A stretch of 63,998 bases of DNA, the filler included, from Sphacelaria rigidula (taxonomy: Eukaryota): the NCBI GenBank assembly GCA_964200075.2. It is 11 parts of 11 records of this genome, joined end to end, with 100 filler letters (N's around TTAATTAATTAA, not from the genome) between each part and the next. Parts side by side here need not be neighbours in the genome. Positions count along the whole stretch, not along the records: positions 46,618 to 52,344 come from CAXNAA020024926.1; positions 52,445 to 58,171 come from CAXNAA020024927.1; positions 58,272 to 63,998 come from CAXNAA020024928.1; 8 more parts are not named here. One strand, written 5' to 3'. A program made the translations under genes and the position numbers. The notes beneath the pieces are model-generated. The model was given only the letters and a program-made list of their open reading frames with translations. It searched no databases and had not been told where the DNA came from. This document shows, one piece after another, positions 49,354 to 61,929 of this stretch. How positions within the stretch are numbered: position 1 is the stretch's first letter; each line of letters starts with the position of its first letter.

Positions 49354-49686
49354 CTCCGCGCGCAATCCAGCAGCAACCGCCCTGAGCTTGGCGGCTCGCT
49401 CTGAAGCAGACCCAACTACCGCCGCCGGCTCGTTTTCAGACGTCATTTTCAGTGGTGCAAGCACAGCCCGACAACCCCCATGTGACGAACGCAACCCCGC
49501 ATACTCGCCGCAATGTGGTTGCGGTTGCTGTGTAACCCGCGACCGCAAGGTCGAGACGACCCGAGGGTTGCTGAGCAGGAAAGCATTGATTTTCCGGCTG
49601 GAGTGGAGCAAGACTAAGGAGCATATCAGTAGCCGGAGCAGTGTGTTAACTTCTGACTGCCAACTCCTGAGCGTACTGCGCTTCAT
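49354..49686 (-). CDS. First exon of a probable nucleus-encoded plastid-targeted protein
   Basis: MKRST...LLRLLICSLVLL..KINA^FLLS (signal peptide plus ASAFAP-like cleavage), then an Arg/Ser-rich transit peptide, then LKMTSE...ERAAKLRAVAAGLRAE and a phase-0 donor gag|gtgtgt. Confidence 0.65.
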
Positions 49687-52444
49687 GATGACAAGGTTGG
49701 CCGTGGTCGGATGGGTATCAAGTGTCAAATTTAGACTGCAAGGGTGCATGAAGTGGAGCAGGTCTGTGATATGTAGAATGTATCGTAGAATTGCCATGAT
49801 TTATCTCAATCTGTCCCTGGTACCTTCATCATAATGCATTTTTCTATCGTACTGTGTACTGTACTCCTGAACTGTGTTTATATCGATAGGTATAAGGCGA
49901 TTGATTTCATGGGTCTTCTTTCAATATTTTTCTCAATATATACTCGGGAGATTCATTACTTTCGTAGGATGCTGGCACTTTCGAGTGAAAACTCGAGAGT
50001 CAGCACAGCTGTTCTAAACGCGCAAAAGCCGGTTCGTACGATGGATTGATACTACTGGCCGCGGGTTTGACATCAGAACATTTTGAGGCTAAAGTGATGG
50101 AACAGAAGTAAGTGCTTTCGGATCACCCCCTGCCCGCAGCCGCGAGGTTACATGCTGCGTGTCTGGCGAAATCATACCATCCTGACGTACCCGGCGGATA
50201 TATCCTGCTAACGCAAGGGCCTACCTGGCTGCGAGAAGACCGCTTTAATCACCAGACGACCACTTTGGAGAGCAGGTACAGTGGGTTTTGACAGAGTGAT
50301 TAGTGCGAATATAACGATTGTTCCGTACACGGTGTATAGCATCCTCGCATGTCGTGGTCTCACGACCTAGATTCCTCGAGATGACTGATCCTGTGCTCCC
50401 CAGGGATCGCGTTTGCCGCATGATGTCTGCGATTAAAGTTCGCCTATGCAGCATTTGTCGTAGTTTGCACCGCAGTTCCAAACTAAATAGAGCGGGAAAC
50501 AATTTTACCTATGTTTTACTCCGCACCTACTCCTCGTACAGTACAGACAAGTGAGGGGAAAACAACGAGGTACTAGTACAGCTCAAGCAGCGGTGGACCA
50601 CGGCACCGCACACACGAGCCGATGTACGAGTAACGTGAGCAGATAACATGTATACGGGTAGAATGTGCGGTGCCATCATTGCTATTCGCTATTTGTACTA
50701 GCTACCGGGTATAAACAAGGCCAATTTGCTGGTCGGCTCGTCTACCTTGGAGCTCCCAACGTCATTCCCGTCACTGATCCTTCGACCACGAGGTGTCCTT
50801 CTGTCAATGCCTGGCCTTGAACTGCATGCCAGTACGCAACTCCTGATGTCGCCAAAATCCCCGGTTGAATGTACAAAATTGTGTATGTCTCGAATCCTCG
50901 AGCTAGCCTTATCTCCAACCCCAGCCCGAGGTGGGCTGACAACTCTCGGGCAAGGGGGATGCATACATTGTTGCCCAAGTCAGAAGTGGCGTTGGCAGAG
51001 CATGAATCGACTCTGTAAGGTCCATTTAAGCAAAACCCTTCCTGTCCGGGACTGTCGCCGCCCCCAAGATCCGAACTTGACAGTCTAGATTGAAATCAAA
51101 TGTTTCAACCATGGATGTTGGCAACCAACTTGCTGCCGGTATTATAAAATATGTCGAGAAAAAAATGAAAGAGATCCGAGTGGGTTTGGTTAAGACGCCT
51201 AATTCGAGTTTTCATTTGCGATATTATCCCTTATTCCCGGACGGCGAGAATAGGTCATCTATACAATCGGCATCGATTTCACTCGAAAAAAGTACATTAT
51301 GCATGATCCAGATGTAACTACCCTCGCGCTCAAAGGGTCAACCTCCTTTCATTGGCAAGTAACTATTTTCCATTCGAGATTGTAGCGATTCGGGGCATTC
51401 AACACATATAATCAACAAGGCAACCCGGAAATCGCATCTGTGCTATCGAATTAGCCGGGGTGGAAAAGTCCGGCTTGGCAAGCGCCAGGCAAAATTTTAG
51501 GGCTTGGACTCATGTGTCCTGACCAATTAATTTGAAATTTAGGACAAGGTGCGGGTCAATGCTACCGCGCGTTGTTTGGCTTATGTCATTACGCTCAAGA
51601 CCTCAAGTGTCGAAAATTTAGTGCGTGGCACGTACAACTATGGAGAAAGCATCTCCAAAGCATTGGTGAGGTCTCATGTGGAGGTTGGGCCAATGGCTTT
51701 TCCACGGGTAGGAATATAGCCCGTCCCCGGGGGGTACCGTAGTATCCACCGTTTTGGCCTGCCCAATGTGAACGGTGGTGCCTCCGACTATCCTAGGGAT
51801 ACATGTAAGGGTGTCGATGTATCGACGATGTCCTCTTATCGTGCTTTTAGGAGCATCGTGTAGTCCACCCGATACTGGCTAATGCATCGAATACCACCCC
51901 CGTTTGAGTGTTTTGGGGAGGAGATATGTTCATCTCATCGTCGGGGAGGGAAGGGTCATCTCAAATCCACAAGTAGGATGTATACCTATTCTAATGTTGG
52001 ACGCTCGCATTTTTCAGGGGCATCGTCGTTCATATTTGTTTCGTAACTTGAGTACACTGTACCGCGCAGCCTTTTTGTATTGTTCTTGTATTATACGAAG
52101 AAGTTCATGGATGAAAATTGAGAACATGAAGTTTCGATAGGACACATACACGTTATTCCAGGCCACGATTTAGATGGTTTGAGTTCAACACATGAGGAAA
52201 CTCATGAAGAATCCAAATTCGGTAGGTGACCCAAAACAGACTATCAACCCTTTTGGAACCGTTGATGGAAAACTGAGGTTTTTCCCACGATAAATGGTTG
52301 TTTTTCTACAGCTTTTGAGCAAACGATTCGCTCAAAGTGTGTTTNNNNNNNNNNNNNNNNNNNNNNNNNNNNNNNNNNNNNNNNNNNNTTAATTAATTAA
52401 NNNNNNNNNNNNNNNNNNNNNNNNNNNNNNNNNNNNNNNNNNNN

Positions 52445-52610
52445 ACAACCAACTAGTCTACTGGCAAGTCACGTGACTTGTCAGTAGTCTAGTTGGTTGT
52501 CTCTTAAACCGTCACATTTTTTTACGGTTTAAGAGACAACCAGCTAGACTACTGACAAGTCAGCGCTGACTTGATCAGTAGTCTAGTTGGTAGTCTCTTA
52601 AACCGTCACA
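52445..52610. mobile_element. Two tandem ~88-bp near-perfect palindromic elements (TGTGACGG...CCGTCACA)
   Basis: acggtttaagagacaacca.ctagactactgacaagtca-[gcgc or cg]-tgacttg.cagtagtctagttggt.gtctcttaaaccgtcaca. Confidence 0.85.
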
Positions 52611-52869
52611 AACCATGGTATCAAATAATCAAATTCCCCCCCCATTATTTCCTTCCTCGATAACACTCCCAGTTCAACAAAAGAACAAGGGCATATGACA
52701 CTCTAAAAAAAAACGCAAACCAACTCGCAAACTAGAATAGAATGACTACTTACCGCTAACAAAACACATCTTGAGGTCACCCTACTCTTCGACCCTGGTT
52801 TTTCTATCGAGATTCAAAGTTCAATTGAAGTAAAAAACCAAAAGGAGAACGTGCCTTTTGAGCACTGCG

Positions 52870-53208
52870 GCTCATCTTGAGATGGAAGCTGAGAAGATGA
52901 TGTTGTTGTCCTGGACATGGCTGTTCATTGGCGTTTGGATGCTAGGATTGGTGACGCACGTGTCGGGGGGTGTTGCCGCTGCCGATCTTCGGTACCGTAC
53001 CGCTCCAGTTAGCTCAAAATACAAAATAAAAAAGATGAATACATGCCTTCGGGGCCCCTCGGCCCATCTGAGATAGATCCTGAGAAGCTGATGATCTTGT
53101 TGTGCTGGACGTAGCTGTTCACTGGCGTTTGGATGCTAGCATTGGTGACGCGCGTGTCGGGGGTGTTGCCACTGCCGATCTTCGATACTGTACTGCTCCA
53201 GTTAGCTC
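52870..53208. repeat. ~140-bp direct duplication
   Basis: gctgttca.tggcgtttggatgctag.attggtgacgc.cgtgtcggggg...gctccagttagctc at ~52920 and ~53114. Confidence 0.85.
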
Positions 53209-56200
53209 TAGTGATGCTGCGCTGCTGTCCGTTGATGTGGCGTTTCCTCTTCTTGTCTCTGCGGCGTGTGCGCGTGTTGATGTCTCGTAGTTAAATCACC
53301 CGTTTTAACTCTCCCTTCGAATGAGTGGGGACATTTTATATCATTTTTAATGTCTTAGGAAACCCTGAGGTTACCCTGTAGCAAGGCGAAGCCCGGTCTC
53401 CACAATGTCTCGGAACCAGTCCTCGTCCGTTGCGCACTCCTCATACGCCTGTAGAATCAAGCCTACGCCATGGTAATCCCTAGCAGTCCCTACATGAGTC
53501 CTGACCCAGATCATGCTAGCATAATAGGGAGCCTCATGCACCGGGTGCATTGTCGGGGAAAGTTGACGGTCGGCCATGGCCAGTTGAGACCAGGTACCAT
53601 TCATGGAGTTAATTCACACATTCTTGCACACTCACACACACACCCATAGAAAACACACTCGCACCGCACTCGCACTCGCACTGAACAAGGTGGGGTAGTC
53701 ATTCTCGAGGAAATCGCTCATACAGAATGACACGTCATAGCCCCATCTCTTCGCCACGCGAGAAAGCGTGCGCCCCCCTCAGATATCTACTGCAATCATG
53801 ATATCGGGTATACCCTAAACACAACAGAACTGATCCTTTATTCGTATTTCCCCTGTACGTCACGATCCGATATCAATATCCATTTCCCTTGCATCCAGGC
53901 AGGTGAACAGTTACAATCCTTGAGCGTAAGTATATTCGATTACACGTAGCTGTAAGCACACGTCAGTGTTGCAGGCAAAACATAAACACAGAATGTAAAA
54001 TTTGCCGCATTGATGCGAATGATGAATCCCCCTCTCAATAAATAAGGCTCTACTCTCAATCTCTCTTTTCTATATATATTATATATCAAAATGACCACAT
54101 GCCCCTTTTTCAGCCAAAATGTGGGTATACTTCCTCTGTCCCATGAGTAAAGGTATCTAAATTTGTACGGGCCCTTAACGATGTCCAATCGTGTTTTTTT
54201 ATAATGAACTCCACGGTGTTTTTTGGGTTAAGAAAATGTGTTTGAAATTTGCAGCTGGTGCTTGAACCATGCCGCCGAACGGCTGCAACAAAAGTAGTCG
54301 GCCCATAAATGGCCGTTTTTTTGCCTCGCATAAGCGCACTGGCGAAACAACCCCAGGCGTGGGACTAACCCTTACCCCCGCTGTGTGTGTCTGCAGCTTT
54401 ATTGTGGGGCATCCATTTGATCCAACTGACGACTGTACTGTAGTGGTGCTGTACTCTGGTGATGGTATATCTCAGCAGACTGCTGAATGATGCTGCGTTT
54501 CAAAGATCGTTGGCGTCTGTCGCCGCATTAGATCGTTTCGCTGACGGCGGTCGTCGCCGGCACAACAGTATGAAGTCTCGCTCAAATACTCAGTAAGAGG
54601 CGCTCGAAACCTCGATGGCTATTCCAAAGAAGTATGTTTTCAGCATGCTTTGTTACGTGTTCCGTAGCGCTTAGACGCAGGGATTGCTCAAGAGATGCTG
54701 CACGATGATGGACGACGGTTTTTTCGTTGGATTGCTCATCACCATGCTTGCGCTGCCGTGCGGAAACTTCTGGGTTAGGGGCACATGGTAGAAACCGGTT
54801 GCGACTCCCGAGCCTTTTGAACAAAATAAATGAAATTTCGATGGTCCGTTGAACCTCACCCAAATGTTGAACCTCAAAAACGAATTCAGGCTGTTAAAGC
54901 CACTTCCTGTCCAAGCAGAGAGGCAGAAAAAAATCGATATGTGCATTGGTCAGCGTCACAGGCAGGAGACGACAACTGGAAGGGCATCTGCCGCGGATCG
55001 GTGATAAAAGTCTAGAGGTGAAGAGTGCCAGTCCATGGGCATTCGAGCACGACTGTGCTCGAACACATTCGAGTATGGTTCGACCAATCTCGATGGTATA
55101 AATGCGTGCATATGATGTTCATGCAGTCAAGTCGACCTGCATGGTGTCAAGCAAGCGCATCAAAGACTGCATTCGCTCCATGCAAGTCAGGCTTACTTTA
55201 GAAGAAGACCAAAGACACCTCTGAAAAGCTCCTCCTTGGATAGCGTAGATGCTTCTTGTATTATCGACGAACAGGCTAGTTGCTGCTGTGCTGCTTGAGA
55301 TAGATTTCCAAAAGACTCTGAAAGCGTTTTGTCAACATGATTATCGAGAGAAGTCAATACCTGAGAGCCCCAGAAACGGGGCATCTGTGTTTCTGAATAT
55401 GCACCTAACATGTGCCGATGGACCCATCAAGACGAACAGCTCACAATCCACCAACCAACATAGGAAAACAAATCAACAGCCGATCCTCAAAAATAGGGTC
55501 CAACACTGAAATGAGGTTCAACTCGCCTTCGAAAAATCGAGATTTCACGCCAATCAGTATCAACACGGCAAAGTATTCAAGTACTTTTGCAACCAGAGTT
55601 TATGTTGCAGTTACGGCGGTGTGGTTAGGTGCCCCAACTGAATGCGGTGCACACGCGTGTCGATGATGATATCATCATAGGAGCAACGGCGGAGAGGATC
55701 TCCTTACCGGTATACTTTGTGTGTCCGTACAAGTAAATGCAATAGCAGAGCACGCCGCACCCCAAGGGAGGGATGTGACAAACCAGTCCTGTGTTCGACT
55801 TGTGATATCAAAGCTGAAGGTTATCTGTCTCAACACAACAATGCCAGCTGTTTGGGGGAAAACACAGCCCAAGCCTGACGATAGTTACAATCGGTGGATA
55901 AAGTGAAAAAAGGATAATTATATTACAACGCAGCTTGACAGACTCACGTCGGTTGGCTGTGGACTTGAGACCAAGTAGAATAGGAGAGATCGATGGAGTA
56001 CGTGACGATTGAAAGCTCTTCTTATATCCAAAAGGTACCTGTAGATCGGTCTGTGGGCAAGTGAGACTCGGTGGGGATGCGTTTTTTCACAAACCTTCTA
56101 GCCACGCGTGCAACACTGTCATATTACAAAATCATCCCGGCGTGTGCCTCCAACCAATCAAGCATTGGCACGCGTGTCCCCCATATGACTAATCCGGCAC

Positions 56201-56373
56201 AAGCTATGTCCGAACACAAACTCATGAAAACGCCAAATCAGCAAAGCAAATAGTTTAATTTCTACTTTAAACAAGCACACTTTCGACTAGGATCTCCTCA
56301 TACCCGCCGATCGTTTATGAAACGATCGTGATGTCCCACTGTGCTAGTTTAATTATCGCACGCGGTCATACAC

Positions 56374-58100
56374 TGTCACATGTCCTCGTCCGGCGATTCC
56401 CAACCACCGCAGAGATTGCCATCATGTTATAGAACCAGCTGCGACGCCAGCCAGAAGAAGGACTGGTGGATCACTGCTACTGAGGGACTCCCCATTCTTA
56501 CTGGCCTCAGTTTCAGTTGTCAGCCTTTACAACATCCTCCTTATTCAGGAATGACCTTCCAAGGCACCAGCTTTCTAGACCCAGGTACCATCTCCGTGCC
56601 CCCCGGTCATTATCCAGAACCGTCCAGAATCTCCGTTCCCCCGGTCACTATCCATATCATCACTACCAACTCAACGTGACGGCGTATTTTCGTCACAGCA
56701 CCCCCAAAGCGCGTTGGACGAAAATCGATCAACAAGCTTGAAACATAAAAAACGCCAAAACGATTAGTAAATTGCAATTGACAACCAAACTTACTCGAAA
56801 TGCGAGCAGCAACCGCACGCGAGTCACGCGCAATTTACGCAACTCCTTCGTAAGGAATTCCGGAGTGGCCTAAAAATATCCTTGAAAGGCTCCCACGTAC
56901 TCTCCTCAACTTCGAAACCAACCTAGTCGACCAACACGATCAACGAACGATCATCTGCTTCTGCCATTCGGACAATACCAGCCATCTGAAATTGCCCCTG
57001 ATTAAAAGCATGCTGGAACACGTCCTTAACACCAGCCGTAACATTAAGCTGCGAGTCTGCAAAAAACGCAAACGAGCTACATGGGCGGTCTGAACACAAC
57101 CCGAAACAATGTTCTGAGTCTCAAACACGTGCGGGTGGTGAGCCCTAACCACTCTCCACGCACCAGTCCACGTCGCCATCAACTTAGGCGTAACACCCGG
57201 ACGACGCACGTGTGCATGTAAGACATTGTCGCCTACCTCAAAATTCGGCAGTTCCAACCCCGACGGGACCCCTCACGTCTACGCGCACGTTCCGTGGCAA
57301 CACGTTCCTGCACTTGAACGTGGAAACGTTGTTGCAAGTCCAAGACTCCTTGCAGTGCACGCTTAATTTGAACATCGTCCAAAATATCACATTTCCATTC
57401 CCCCGCCGACAAAGAAGCCAGCACCGAAAAAAACGTCCGAGGAGCACAACCAAACATCACAAGGTACGGCGTACTATCGTAACGACGACGATACGCTGTA
57501 TTTAGCGCCCACTGCACCGCAGGCAACACGTCCACCCACTCAAGAACCGCTCTACGCTGCTCGAGAAGAATAGAGCGGAGAGCACGAACTACTTCCTTGA
57601 CCAGGCGTTTGCACGTGCCGTTATACTGTAATGCGTGAGAGGACCGCTTGCTAAGAGGACCGCGCCGTAGTTCGAAACCAATCGGGCCAGTTCCTGCAGG
57701 TACCACGCCCCTGACTAGAACCCTAACACTAACCCTGACCCTAACCCTAACCCTGGGGGTGTTCAAATTCCGATGCGGTCCTCTAAGCACGCGGTCCTCT
57801 CACGCATTACAAGACTACGGAGAATACGCTACCGCAAACTGGTGATCACCGCGCAAAGCCTCTCGCGATGAGGCGAAGATTGCGTTCTTGACATTCGTGG
57901 CGGTATCACTCACCCACACTCGGCACTCCCAGAGTTTTGCATCAATTCAGCAAAGATGCAGCGATCGATTCAGCAGTACACACTGCGACTGGTTCCAGAG
58001 CCACGAAGTTGCTCGAATCATCCATGATTACCAAAATGTATCGAAACCCAGCATCCTCCGACAATCTTTAGGAAGCTAGCGGGTCACTCTCGCCTATGTA
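56374..58100 (-). mobile_element. Ty3/gypsy (chromodomain-type) integrase remnant with possible 3' LTR (56374-56697)
   Basis: AYSP*S-NGTCKRLVKEVVRALR...WVDVLPAVQWALNTAY...TPYLVMFG, GPY/F-like KLMATWTGAWRVV, HVARLRF, and chromodomain-like VD*VGFEVEESTWEP. Purine tract tttgggggtgc precedes TGTGACG at 56697 (minus). Confidence 0.85.
57627..57811. mobile_element. 185-bp MITE with TGT...ACA termini, ~37-50-bp TIRs, 4-bp TSD and internal telomeric (CCCTAA)-like repeats
   Basis: tgtaatgcgtgagaggaccgc... / ...gcggtcctctcacgcattaca. Flanks ATAC/AGAC. Removing the element plus 4 bp restores the integrase SP(W)SNGTC frame. ccctaacactaaccctgaccctaaccctaaccc at 57721-57753. Confidence 0.9.
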
Positions 58101-58108
58101 CTACAAAA

Positions 58109-58160
58109 AACAGCCGATCCTAATTTTTGGGGTTGAAACATAATATGAGGTTGAAGTCCC
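58109..58160 (+). mobile_element. AACA-family terminus (also at 55475 + and 54895 -)
   Basis: aacagccgatcct....ttggggttgaa.......tgaggtt; second box starts 37 nt from the terminus, as in the other copies. Confidence 0.65.
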
Positions 58161-58271
58161 ATCCCTCCATTNNNNNNNNNNNNNNNNNNNNNNNNNNNNN
58201 NNNNNNNNNNNNNNNTTAATTAATTAANNNNNNNNNNNNNNNNNNNNNNNNNNNNNNNNNNNNNNNNNNNN

Positions 58272-61200
58272 GTGAAGATTTTGCCTTCCAGAATCGTGCA
58301 CTTTTTGGGGGGGGGCTATCGTAGAAAGTGTCGGGGATGCTTCCTCGACGAGAGGCACATCACCTCGGAATAGCGTCCGGGGCTGGCCCTCATAAACGCC
58401 GGCGGCGGTCCTTTCAGTGAACGTGAGGCCGTGCATGACCGCTTTCATGCCTACGGTCACGGGCGCGGTCCCACCTCCTCTTAACTCAAAGCTTCGCGGG
58501 CGACCGATGCCTGGTGTAGTGATTGTTCGTCCTCCGCTGCGGACGGCGTCCTTGAAGTTCCCCAGCGAGCGAAGCGTGGTGGTGTGAACCGGCAACTCCC
58601 GGTACGCGGCGCTGAACGCCCGGGCTTGCACCAGCCTCGTGAATAAGTTCAGGCACTTGCAGTGAACGGACAACCTGCAGGCGCGCGATGTTGCATACGC
58701 ATGCGATGGGAAGGGAGAGGATCCAATGAAAACATGGAGTCCAGAAAGCGTTTCTGTTTTTGTCGTCTTTATTTTTGATTGAGGGTCATTTCGTTTTGCA
58801 GTGGCCTACTGCTGGGGGAGACAATGGCCTTCACTTTTCTGTTGTTCCGAACACCCTTTCGGCGGGTCTACACCCTCACCCCCGCACCTCTTTTTCTCTA
58901 TATATGCAGGCTGTTTTTTACCGTTGCTTCGTTATCTGCCCATCTCCACTTGTAACTCAGTTTGTTTTGGAGCCTCGGGGTGCACGCCTCAACAACGACC
59001 AACAAGTGCTGGTCAGAACAAGGTGTGGTGGTCGGGACGAAAGGTTGACTCCGCGAACGATTACACAGGGGCGCAAAACATCAAAGCTGGCAGTTGACCA
59101 AAAAAAAAAGGTTGTCGAATGCAGGGTAATGGTTTGACGACCACAACGTTACAATAGGGGATGAAACTACCGAAGTGGGACCAGTCTCTGATTCGTGAAC
59201 GAAAAAGAATAGGAATGAACCCTCGGCGGGGCGGGCGGGCATCTCCATGCCACAGGGCAGGTTCGGCCATGGGCCAATATTGACGTGTTCCAACAACCCT
59301 GTGAAATGCCTCTAGGTTGGGGAAGTCTCGTCGTTTGTGGTGTACCCTGTTCGCGCAGCGATCGCCAATTCGAAATCGCCGCGATAAAATGAAAAACCAA
59401 CCCACGGGGGGGCGGGGGGGGGTCCTAATCCAGAAGACGCAGGTGCATGCGGAATACTTGCCTTGAGAATACTTGGTCGATGAGGATGTGAGTGTGGCCG
59501 ACGAGCATGAAGTTGACTTCCGCGCGGCCCAGTACACCACGACGCACGAGCGAGGCGAAATATCCCAGGAGAATATGATTTTTATTCTCCCCGACGCAGT
59601 TGTCTACCTGAATGTACATCTCGCCGATGTATGGGTCCGTTCCTTCCACGTGATGGATCTCGAAGAGGCGAGACAACGCCCGATGGATGGACGTGCAGAT
59701 GAGGTTGCTCCCTGCGGGCGCGACATAACGAGCGCATCAACGCAGCAGGAATGGCGAACAGGTATGTAGCCTTTGCCACGACGGTGATAATATTGAGACC
59801 GCAGGCGGGCGTCGAGGCACTGTCGACAACATCAGTATATTTATAATTCACAAAACTGATCAAAATGTCTACTCCGTTCCACGAGAGGAAATGGCGCAAC
59901 GCACTGAGGGCACCACACGAGTTGTCAAGTCTGACGTGGCGAACTACCCTCACCTCCGCCCACCGTCTGTGGCGTCAGGAAGATCTCGATGAATTGCCCT
60001 TCAATTCGCACGGCCATCACCTTCTGGCGTTCCGAAAATCCCCTGGGAAGAAGGAGGGAAGGAAACGTCGAGGGATGTGTAGAAACTAGTGTGCGATCAT
60101 GTCCGGGCAGCCTGTCGTGTAAAGGGCCACAAGAAAACACTGGCAAACAGGGGCACCAGAGGAACAATGATTACTTTTTCTGCGCATGGCACAAAATTAC
60201 AACCTGAACGCTAAAACAACAACTGGGACGGTGGTCTGACGTGCAAAGGCTCACTTGTCCATGCCGTGTGTGACTGGCGAGCACATGGGCAGCGCGAAAG
60301 CTGTTTGAGCGGCAGCATCTGCTTGGAGAGACACGCATCTCAACGGGGTAAGCTCCGCCTTCGCCCGGTGTGCTTTACCACTGACTCTTTGAAGATATTC
60401 TCGGTCACGGCCAACAACCTGCGAGTCGCACAGACAGATACGGTGAGGCTTTTCAGCGAGGGAACACGGAAGCGTATCCGCGAATGGATGTCGAACAATG
60501 TAGGTGAACGTGATGTAAGAGGCAAGGATGACGCGGAATTGATCTGCGCACCTTACCTGACAGGGGCGCAGTCTTGAAATATTAGCGACATCATTCTCCC
60601 ATGAAGAAAACATGACGTTGCCACTAGCCGGTGTGTCCTCCACCCCGCCTAACCCCAGGAATAAATATATCCTCTCTGTGCACCGAGTTGTCCTTGTAGG
60701 GGTCTATGCCCTAATTTTACACTTCTCATTAGTTGATTGACCGCGGATGCACGAGATGGTTTTCGGCGCGGCACCCAGCACCCCCTCCTCATTTCCTGCG
60801 GAATCGCAAATTTCATTGCGTTAGCCACTACGGCAGCGACGGAAGGAGAAAAAGAGTGTTCGCTTACCTGCAAATGCACTTTGTGCTTGGCCTCGGCTCG
60901 TGCGACGGTGTAGGGATCGGTTGTCGCTCGCACTCCAGGACTCCCGTTCAACGTGTCGTGGTAAAGCGTGCACTCATGGCGCTTCATGAACGTGCCTCCA
61001 ATCTTCGGCTTGAGATGGGGGCGCGACACCTGCCACTCTTTGTAGAAGAGTGATTGACGTGCGGACCGCGGAGGTCTTTGGCCGCATGCTCCACAAAACG
61101 ATCGTATAGTTCCTACACATGGATCGTGGCGACGGGAAGCGTTTCAACACGAGACGATCGTGTCTTTTCTGTCCGACTTGCGAGCGATGCAGCGCTGACT

Positions 61201-61330
61201 GATTTTCAAAAGGCCATTTCGTTAGTCGATTTGGTTCAGATTTTGGTTGCTGGGGACGCGATTTGTCACGGTCGTACACCCAGGTATCTGCGTGATGTTG
61301 GCAGTCGGCGTCGTCTCGTTGCATAATGAC
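58272..61330 (-). mobile_element. Multi-exon Sola-like (DUF7869-type) DDD/E transposase gene, 5' part damaged
   Basis: Phase-compatible exons ...-60868, 60418-60255, 60042-59954, 59711-59462 and 58674-58272. They give FYKEW..RPHLK..FMK.HEC..HKVHLQ/VVGRDREYL..SLQADAAAQTAFALP..GMDK/GFSERQKVMAV..VGG/GSNLICTSIH..YIQVDNCVGENKNHILLGYFASLV..VNFMLVGHTHILIDQVFSR/LSVH..GIGRPRSF. Confidence 0.85.
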
Positions 61331-61879
61331 GATTTTTTGTCGGCGAGATCAACGGCGCCTAGACAAACGGGCGTGGTCCTCTCTGCCTCCTCCCCCCCGG
61401 GAAGAAAAAACTCACGTTCCTTCTGGCGTCCGTCAGTTTCTCATGTTTTTCAAACAACACCTAACGATTTGGAGGCGACTCCAGTGTGTAGCATCTACGA
61501 TTGTTGTGTCGCTGCGGAAACCGGCGATATTGACTCAGGGCTTCGCCGGTATATATCAATATTGGGAGAAGCTTCGATACCCGACAGCGATAGTTTGTCG
61601 TAGAATAGTGACCTTTGTATGCTGCCGCTGATTTGCCTGGCCTCGCGCCCTTCTCGGTGTGTGTGGGACATTAAGCAAGTGAGACCTCGAATACTCCCCA
61701 GGTCGGTGCACTTTACAACGTACGACAGTACCTTACTCCAGATACTCGATCAACCGAACGGTTACGGGCTTCGACTGATATGATCAATATATCCTGCACT
61801 CTTCTGTGGTGATACAACAGAGCGCTTAGGTTGGTCAAGATGTATTGGTATCGGGGTTTCCTTTCCCCCCCCCCCTCCC

Positions 61880-61929
61880 CACGGTCTCATGACTATGGCA
61901 TGCATGATCATGAGTACACCCCCCTCCCC
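61880..61929 (+). repeat. LINE/SINE 3'-tail fragment
   Basis: ggtctcatgactatggcatgcatgatcatgagtacacccccc. Confidence 0.7.

Noticed and set aside
50600..52140. Coding-like fragments in contig 9 (and 62900-63998)
   Set aside because: Short broken ORFs with no motif I can support.
55193..55500. Ulp1-like protease remnant
   Set aside because: The catalytic HW and Q..DC motifs are absent, and part of the resemblance comes from an AACA transposon terminus at 55475.
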